Shown here: positions 57,629 to 64,000 of the stretch, one piece after another
How positions within the stretch are numbered: position 1 is the stretch's first letter
Layout of the letters: each line of letters opens with the position of its first letter
From: an uncultured archaeon
GTDB taxonomy: Archaea; Asgardarchaeota; Lokiarchaeia; Sigyniarchaeales; SOKP01
DNA length: 64,000 nucleotides
NCBI GenBank assembly: GCA_964493715.1
Contig: CAZBPC010000004.1
Coordinates: 32,001-96,000 of the forward strand
Direction: 5' to 3'
Made by a program: the position numbers and the translations under genes
The notes under the pieces: generated by a model
What the model saw: only the letters and a program-made list of their open reading frames with translations
Told to the model about the DNA's origin: nothing
Databases searched by the model: none

Positions 57629-59305
57629 TTACTGATTTTCAAGTTTTGTTAATCTTTCTCCTAAGGAGTCGAGTTTTCTATTGATATCACTAATGACCTC
57701 ATCTATCATCAAGCGAAATCGTTCATAGATATCAATGATACCTTGTTTCCGTTCTTTTATATCCATTAAATTGATTTCACGCTTGAAATTCTCAATATAT
57801 TTGTATAAATCCTCACAAAATACTTCAAAGTTATCCTTATCAAATTCTAAGCCTAATTCACGAGAAAGGTTTTTTTCTGCTAAATCCGACCAATCTACAT
57901 CGAAACCTTTTATTGGAATAATTGGGATTGAGAATTTGTCTGCAAGTTGTAACTCATTGGCACAATCCACGGAATCGAACACAGATTTTTTGGTCGCAAT
58001 AAATAATATTAACTGACATTTTTGCACTGCATCTAACATCCACTTGTCAATATTGCCCGCAAGATCTGCTTCACAAAAGTAAACTTCAGATATTTCCTTT
58101 TGTTTTTCTAAATAATTGACAAGATCACCAATTCGATAAGACTCAAAATCTACAACTGCATGAGAGATAAAAACCCTTATCGTAGCTTTTTTTCTCAAAT
58201 AATCTCTGATTAAATCGGGAACTTTTTGGATAATGGTATTTTCCTCACTACTAAAAGGATTTCCACTTAAATTTAGTTCTACTAATTTCGTAAGGGCCCA
58301 TAATTGGGTTGGAATCTCATCAAATTTATTATTACTTAGATTTAAACTTTGAAGTGTAGTTAAATTCACAAACGACTCAGGTAGAGATGTTAAATGGTTA
58401 TCTGATAACATAAGTTGCTTAAGGTTTCTTATCTTCCCAATCGATTCTGGTAAAGAACTAAATTTATTACCCGCTAAAGATATAGTTGTCAGATCGGTGA
58501 GATTTCCAAAATCCTCAGGAAGTGCATTTAATGCCGTCTCATTATGTCCCAATTGTTGATTAATACTCAAATGTAAAATTTTTCCATCAAAAATTCGAAG
58601 ATTAACTCCATAAACTCCAGGATTCCTCCAAGGTGCATTAATTGAGTCAAGTTTTTCAGAAAAAACGCGATTTAAACCATCATTTTTCCAACTTATCTTT
58701 TTGATTATTTCAATTTGTTCAATTGGAACACCTAAATTAATATGCAAATTATAAGTAGGGTCAAATATTTTGACTTTTTTTTCACGTAAGACTCTTAGTA
58801 TATCCATATTCGATGAAGTTAACTCAAGCGTTTGTATCTTTTGATTTAAAGTGAACTCTCTTAACTGATCTAATTTGGTTAACCAATTCGGTAGATTAAT
58901 TATTCTATTACCCATTAGATTTAAACTATTTAGATTTTTGAACTCCTGTATATAATCAGGAATCGCGATTAAATCGCTATTTGTTATGATCAAATCCTTG
59001 ATGTAGTGTAACTCTTTTAACCATTTGGGTATTCCTTTACCCTTGGGGCAATTAATAAGAAATCTTTCAATATTTTTTAGCTTCTTTATAGATTCTCCTA
59101 AAAGATTTGATTTATTATCATCCAATTCTAATTTCTGTAAATTGAAGCCAAGCATTATTATGGAGCCCTCATCATTAAAGTTAAAAAGGTTTTCTACTGT
59201 TGTAAAATCTTTCATATTAACTCTCCTTAAAGGTACTCCGCAAATTTTTTCAATTTCTTTAAATGCTTCCCTTTCATCCTTATTTATCCGTTTATCATCA
59301 CTCAT
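57629..59305 (-). CDS. Leucine-rich-repeat protein with a C-terminal TIR domain and coiled coil
   Basis: LxxLxLxxNxLxxLPxx repeats; TIR box 1 RVFISH; DCANEL (catalytic Glu position); IPIIPI; C-terminal heptad repeats. Confidence 0.85.
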   Translation of the reverse strand: MSDDKRINKDEREAFKEIEKICGVPLRRVNMKDFTTVENLFNFNDEGSIIMLGFNLQKLELDDNKSNLLGESIKKLKNIERFLINCPKGKGIPKWLKELHYIKDLIITNSDLIAIPDYIQEFKNLNSLNLMGNRIINLPNWLTKLDQLREFTLNQKIQTLELTSSNMDILRVLREKKVKIFDPTYNLHINLGVPIEQIEIIKKISWKNDGLNRVFSEKLDSINAPWRNPGVYGVNLRIFDGKILHLSINQQLGHNETALNALPEDFGNLTDLTTISLAGNKFSSLPESIGKIRNLKQLMLSDNHLTSLPESFVNLTTLQSLNLSNNKFDEIPTQLWALTKLVELNLSGNPFSSEENTIIQKVPDLIRDYLRKKATIRVFISHAVVDFESYRIGDLVNYLEKQKEISEVYFCEADLAGNIDKWMLDAVQKCQLILFIATKKSVFDSVDCANELQLADKFSIPIIPIKGFDVDWSDLAEKNLSRELGLEFDKDNFEVFCEDLYKYIENFKREINLMDIKERKQGIIDIYERFRLMIDEVISDINRKLDSLGERLTKLENQ

Positions 59306-59524
59306 TTTTTTTCACACATTAAAAATAATGAAATAATAGATTTCACATTTTTTTGATATATGGTATATGTTTTGAATGTTTAAAAAGTAATAATCATTCT
59401 AAATTATTTTCAGAATATTCTTCAAAATTCCTTTTAAACTATTCTGATACCTATTATTAGAATGCTTTAAATCATTCCATAAATTTGATAAATTAATCAA
59501 ATTAACCCCTTAATTTTAAAACCT

Positions 59525-59962
59525 ATGAAAATTGAAAAGTTTACCATGGACTCTTATGAAACAGTCGTTAACCTCTGGAAAAGATCTGGGATTAATGTTG
59601 GTTCTACGGACACAAGAGAAGAACTTGAGAGGATGCTTCAAAGAAATCCAAATTTATTTTTAATTGGGAAGGATAATGATAGAGTAATAGGTGTTGTAAT
59701 GGGAGGATTTGATGGAAGAAGAGGTTATGTACATCATTTAGCTATAGATCCGGATTTTCAAAGAAGAGGTTATGGGAAAATGATCATGGATGATTTAATA
59801 GAGAAGTTCCGTGAAATGAGTGTGCATAAAATTCATTTATTTATTGAAAAATATAACAAAGATGTTGTTGAGTTTTATCAGGATATAGGCTGGGAAATAA
59901 GAGACGATTTAATTATGATGAGTTATGTCCCAGATGAGATGTTATACAAGAGAAATATATGA
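59525..59962 (+). CDS. GNAT acetyltransferase (YpeA-like)
   Basis: MGGFDGRRGYVHHLAIDPDFQRRGYG. Confidence 0.9.
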   Translation: MKIEKFTMDSYETVVNLWKRSGINVGSTDTREELERMLQRNPNLFLIGKDNDRVIGVVMGGFDGRRGYVHHLAIDPDFQRRGYGKMIMDDLIEKFREMSVHKIHLFIEKYNKDVVEFYQDIGWEIRDDLIMMSYVPDEMLYKRNI

Positions 59963-60096
59963 ATTTTTAACCCTCTTATTAATTTTTCAATTGAACATTT
60001 CGAAAATCATCAATAAAATTATAAATAGTTAATTGGAAATTATACTATCATCATATCAATATTATTGGATTTAATCAAAATTGTGAGGAAAGTTGG

Positions 60097-61782
60097 ATGA
60101 AAGACTATTCTGAATGGGAACCTGAGTATGATTATGATAATGAATCTCCGTATCTTGAAACCGCTAAGAGACCCTGGTTAAAATTTAGACCTTCAGATGT
60201 TCCAAAATCAATAAAATTTGAACCAATTCCCGTAACTGAATTTATAAAAAGATCTACAAGTAATTTTTTAAATAACGTCAGCATCTACTATAAACCAACT
60301 GATAAGAATTATACATATCGTGATTTTCTCTCTTTATCAGATAAAGTTGGAAATGCTCTGTTTGAATTGGGCATAAAAAAAGGAGAGGCTGTCGGTATAA
60401 TGACAGGAAACGTTCCAGAATTCGCTTTTTGTTGCATGGGTATTATGGAGTGTGGTGCGGCAGTTACGCCCATCAATCCCTTATTGAAAGAATCTGATGT
60501 TATCCATATTATAAAAGAAGCAGGTAATATCAATACAATCTTTGTTCATAAAAATCTTTATAAGATTATTAAAAAAGTAATAAGAGAAATTAAATTAAAA
60601 AACGTCATCCTGCTAGGAGCAGATGCTGCTAAAGAAGGAACAACTACATTCGAAGAACTTATAGAGGGTAAACCCGCAAAAGCTCCCAAAGTTGAGATAG
60701 ATCCATTGAACGATTTAGCGGCATTATTGTTTACTGGAGGTACTACCGATTTACCAAAAGGAGTGATGTTAACCCATAATAATTTGGTCGCAGATGCGCT
60801 ATCTGTTCTTGTATCAAATGGGGTATCAGAGGAAGCTGAGGAATTATATGGCAAAACAGTCAATCTATCCATATTACCATTATGCCATACTTTTGGTTTT
60901 GAAGTTTTAATCATCGCTTTATACGGGGCCGCAATGCTGGTAATGTTTGATTCCTTCAATGCATCAAGCGTTTTAGAAGCAATAGAGTATTATCGAGTAA
61001 TCAATTATATTGGAGTTCCTGTTATGTTTCAAATGTTGATTAATAACCCCGATTTCAGAAAACGAGATTTATCCAGTTTAGAAGAAGCAAATTCAGGATC
61101 AGCTTCACTTGCTCCAGAATTAGCAAAGAAATGGGAAGAAGTAGTGGGGATAAAAGTTGGACAAGGATTTGGATTAACAGAGACTTCTCCAATAACACAC
61201 ATGCCATTAAAATGGATGCCTGAAATAAATTCAAAAAGCATAGGAGTGCCAATAATAGATACGGATGCAAAAATTGTGAATCCAGATTCTTTGGAAGAGT
61301 TAGAAACGGGTAAAGTTGGAGAGTTACTTATCAAAGGTCCTCAAATAATGAAAGGTTATTGGAACTATCCAGAAGAAACGAAGAAAACTATTGTAGACGG
61401 ATGGTTAAGAACTGGTGACTTGGCTCGAATGGATGAACAAGGTTATTTCTATATTGAAGGGCGTACCAAGGACATAATCAAGTACAAAGGCTATAAAGTC
61501 ATGCCGAAAGAAGTTGAAGAGAAACTCTTTGAACATCCTGCTATTTTGGAAGCAGGAGTAGTCTCAGCTCCAGATCCTGAAATAGGTGAAACAATAAAAG
61601 CATATATAGCGCTTAAACCAGAATTTAAGGATAAAATATCAGAGAAAGATATTATCGAATGGTCAAAGGATAGATTAGCAGCATATAAATATCCTCGACT
61701 GGTTGAATTCGTAAATGTATTACCTAGAACTGCCGTGGGGAAAATTTTTAGGAGAAAATTAAGAGAGAGAGCAACAAAGTAA
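60097..61782 (+). CDS. Long-chain-fatty-acid--CoA ligase (AMP-binding family)
   Basis: FTGGTTDLPKGV, GFGLTETSP, GWLRTGD, LPRTAVGK. Confidence 0.9.
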   Translation: MKDYSEWEPEYDYDNESPYLETAKRPWLKFRPSDVPKSIKFEPIPVTEFIKRSTSNFLNNVSIYYKPTDKNYTYRDFLSLSDKVGNALFELGIKKGEAVGIMTGNVPEFAFCCMGIMECGAAVTPINPLLKESDVIHIIKEAGNINTIFVHKNLYKIIKKVIREIKLKNVILLGADAAKEGTTTFEELIEGKPAKAPKVEIDPLNDLAALLFTGGTTDLPKGVMLTHNNLVADALSVLVSNGVSEEAEELYGKTVNLSILPLCHTFGFEVLIIALYGAAMLVMFDSFNASSVLEAIEYYRVINYIGVPVMFQMLINNPDFRKRDLSSLEEANSGSASLAPELAKKWEEVVGIKVGQGFGLTETSPITHMPLKWMPEINSKSIGVPIIDTDAKIVNPDSLEELETGKVGELLIKGPQIMKGYWNYPEETKKTIVDGWLRTGDLARMDEQGYFYIEGRTKDIIKYKGYKVMPKEVEEKLFEHPAILEAGVVSAPDPEIGETIKAYIALKPEFKDKISEKDIIEWSKDRLAAYKYPRLVEFVNVLPRTAVGKIFRRKLRERATK

Positions 61783-61796
61783 AGAACTTGAAAAAA

Positions 61797-62357
61797 TTAA
61801 GAATTTTTCTTAATTTCAGCTAGTCTATTAAATATATCTTTAAAATGACCCCCTATCCAATAAATTTTATTGCAATCCTTATTAGTACACACCCAAAATT
61901 CGTCAATATTTAGATAAACTGAATCAGGAATATTATTTCTAAATTTCGTCTTATCTCCAACGATTTTAATTTTAGAATTGCATTTGGAACATCTAGCGAT
62001 GGTGGAGTCATATTTTAAACGAATCTTGAATTTATTAAAGATTTCATACATGTTTTCAGCAAATTTAGTGGAATTTAATAAAATGTAAGGTGTTATAGAA
62101 TGATCAATATCGAATTTTAAATATAGATCTGGATTCTCATTAATTTTTTTTTCATACCTTTTTTTGAATTTTCTAATCATCTCTCTATCACGGCTGATTA
62201 AAATCCGATGTTCTAAAAAGCATTGCTCAATTAGATCATCATCAGCAACGGGAGATCCATAAGAAGGTTCGTAATCCTTAGCATAACGTGTATCATATCC
62301 CAGGAATCTCAACCATCGCGTCAAATTTCCTTCCATCTCATCAGTAAGAAAATTCAT
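61797..62357 (-). CDS. Mut7-C RNase (PIN-like) domain protein with a Zn ribbon
   Basis: FLTDEM.G.L.RWLRFLGYDT, RILISRD, RCSKCN, C...C.KIYW.G.H. Confidence 0.85.
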   Translation of the reverse strand: MNFLTDEMEGNLTRWLRFLGYDTRYAKDYEPSYGSPVADDDLIEQCFLEHRILISRDREMIRKFKKRYEKKINENPDLYLKFDIDHSITPYILLNSTKFAENMYEIFNKFKIRLKYDSTIARCSKCNSKIKIVGDKTKFRNNIPDSVYLNIDEFWVCTNKDCNKIYWIGGHFKDIFNRLAEIKKNS

Positions 62358-62622
62358 TTTTTCCTTGGTGTTTATTAATTGGTTTTAATAGAATAGCATT
62401 ATTTGGACATCTATGGAAGCAGACTGAACATCCTCCACAAGATTTATCTGAATTCATGGTAATTGCTATGTTTTCAGAGTTAAATTTCCTTATTTTTAAT
62501 GGGCAATATTTGATGCAAGTTCCACAAGATTTGCATTTTTCTAAAATAGTAACAGCATTATACGATATTTTAGATAATTCATTAATTGCTTCTTGTAAAT
62601 CTTTAGAACGTGAAACATCCAT
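62341..62622 (-). CDS. 2x[4Fe-4S] ferredoxin
   Basis: CKSCGTCIKYCP and CGGCSVCFHRCP; start moved to the ATG at 62622. Confidence 0.85.
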   Translation of the reverse strand: MDVSRSKDLQEAINELSKISYNAVTILEKCKSCGTCIKYCPLKIRKFNSENIAITMNSDKSCGGCSVCFHRCPNNAILLKPINKHQGKNEFSY

Positions 62623-62687
62623 AATAAAATCAGTAAAAAGATTCAAATATTCTAATATAAAAAAAGAAAAAATGTATAAGAATTTAT

Positions 62688-63722
62688 TCAAGATATTTTT
62701 GAACACAGATTTTTAAGAATTTTCTCTGCTTCTTTCGTATATGTGGTGATTATATCCTCCACGTCTAAGATATCATAAATTAATCCACATGTTTGACCCG
62801 CTGGAATTGCTCCGTTTTCTACATCTCCTTTAGTATATACAATTTCGTAGCGATATAATTCATCTAAATATTCATCCATGTTAAAAGCCTGCTCTTGAGA
62901 AATTTTTTCTTCTTTAGAAATAACTTCCCCATGTTCTAAACAGAACTTATTTTTCAACAGTCTGATTGGTCCAAAACCTCCTGTAGTAAGCATGGTATCA
63001 CGAGCAGTGGCTGGTAGAATCAAACCTTTATAATTGGGATGAAATTCGCTTTGTTTTGAGGCTATAAATCGCGTACCCATTGCAATGGCATCAGCGCCCA
63101 TTGCCAATCCTGCAGCAAGCCCCTCAGGGCTTGAAAAACCTCCGCATGCTACCAATAACTTATCAGGATACTTACGAGCAACTTGTTGGACTAAAACTAA
63201 TGTGGAAATCCCTTCATAACTTTGATGACCTCCTCCTTCTGTACCAGTTGCCACAATTCCATCACACCCTGCATCTACGATTTTATCAACAAGCCATAAA
63301 GCGGGACCAACATGAAAATGGCTCATATCCGGAGCTCTCTCCTTCCATATTTTGGATGCAGTTCTTGGACCTCCCGCGCTTGTTAAACCATATACTAACT
63401 GTTCTCTGATTTTGGGATTTTCATTTCGCCATTGAGCTATTTTACGCAATAAAATTTTATGATCTGTTTGAATCCTTGCCGTTCGGACATTTACACCAAA
63501 TGGTTTGTCAGTATGCTCAACTACATAATCAATTTGCGTTTTGAAATCTGAGACAGAATTTTTTCCTCTTAGAGTAGCATGACTTAAAACTCCAAGACCC
63601 CCTGCTTCAGAAGTTGCCACTGTAAGTTCCGTTGTATAAAATGGACCCATAGGAGCGCTCAAAATTGGATATTTTATTCCAAATTTTTCAGTGATTCGTG
63701 TCTTTATCATTATTATCTTCAA
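62688..63722 (-). CDS. Nitronate monooxygenase / FabK-like flavoprotein
   Basis: YPILSAPM, SEAGGLG, KPFGVN, GTEGGGH, ACGGF, MGTRF, AGQ..GLI. Confidence 0.88.
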   Translation of the reverse strand: MKIIMIKTRITEKFGIKYPILSAPMGPFYTTELTVATSEAGGLGVLSHATLRGKNSVSDFKTQIDYVVEHTDKPFGVNVRTARIQTDHKILLRKIAQWRNENPKIREQLVYGLTSAGGPRTASKIWKERAPDMSHFHVGPALWLVDKIVDAGCDGIVATGTEGGGHQSYEGISTLVLVQQVARKYPDKLLVACGGFSSPEGLAAGLAMGADAIAMGTRFIASKQSEFHPNYKGLILPATARDTMLTTGGFGPIRLLKNKFCLEHGEVISKEEKISQEQAFNMDEYLDELYRYEIVYTKGDVENGAIPAGQTCGLIYDILDVEDIITTYTKEAEKILKNLCSKIS

Positions 63723-63916
63723 TTTAATTAATTATATTATATATAATTATACCAATTTAAAACTAAAAAAGGTTTTTTTAAAATCTGTTACTTCAGAGTC
63801 TAAAAAGTGAGATTTCCCTTATTCAATAAAAAAAAATAAGAAGATATAAGGTTTTCTCAAAAGTATAATTTAATATTATTGATTTTATTAATTCTAACCC
63901 CGGAACCTTTCTAAAT

Positions 63917-64000
63917 TTATGTGTATTTATCGTACAACTCTCTTATAAAAACATCAAGTTCTTCCATTGTTTTTATACCTCCATCATAAGCAACCTTACC
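63917..64000 (-). CDS. 3' end of a CDS entering from beyond the window, possibly thioredoxin-like
   Basis: Hand translation ...GKVAYDGGIKTMEELDVFIRELYDKYT*. Confidence 0.45.
   Translation of the reverse strand, partial: GKVAYDGGIKTMEELDVFIRELYDKYT

Noticed and set aside
59712-59776. Repeated AAGAAGAGGTTATG within the GNAT gene
   Set aside because: Reflects the repeated RRGY peptide in coding sequence; not a CRISPR or DNA repeat element.
1-64000. CRISPR arrays, rRNA, transposases, reverse transcriptases or clear selenoprotein/SECIS pairs
   Set aside because: None recognised by eye. Very degenerate elements cannot be excluded without computation.

Overview
AT-rich archaeal chromosomal segment. 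Gene content points to Asgard archaea, most likely Lokiarchaeia/Promethearchaeota (inference): PolB1, PolB2 cassette, Alba, CODH/ACS beta and epsilon subunits, tetraether synthase, an intron-containing tRNA-Thr, a PAS kinase, an LRR-TIR protein and a longin/DENN-like protein. Most of the roughly 50 genes are housekeeping or metabolic. No CRISPR array, rRNA, transposase or integrase was seen. Main points of interest: (1) a 3010-aa, almost entirely hydrophobic, internally repetitive membrane protein; (2) in its divergent intergenic region, a promoter-led three-helix structured RNA of about 145 nt ahead of a small ORF whose ideally spaced start codon is ACG; (3) a PAS histidine kinase broken by one TAA and bracketed by a perfect 23-bp direct repeat; (4) a soluble LRR-TIR-coiled-coil protein converging on an orphan methyltransferase-specificity fusion; (5) an unannotated 43-aa BssC-like Cys4 microprotein; (6) a tes-centred run of lipid-related genes; (7) a non-canonical 30/31 BHB tRNA intron. 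All calls were made by eye from motifs; no database searches were run.
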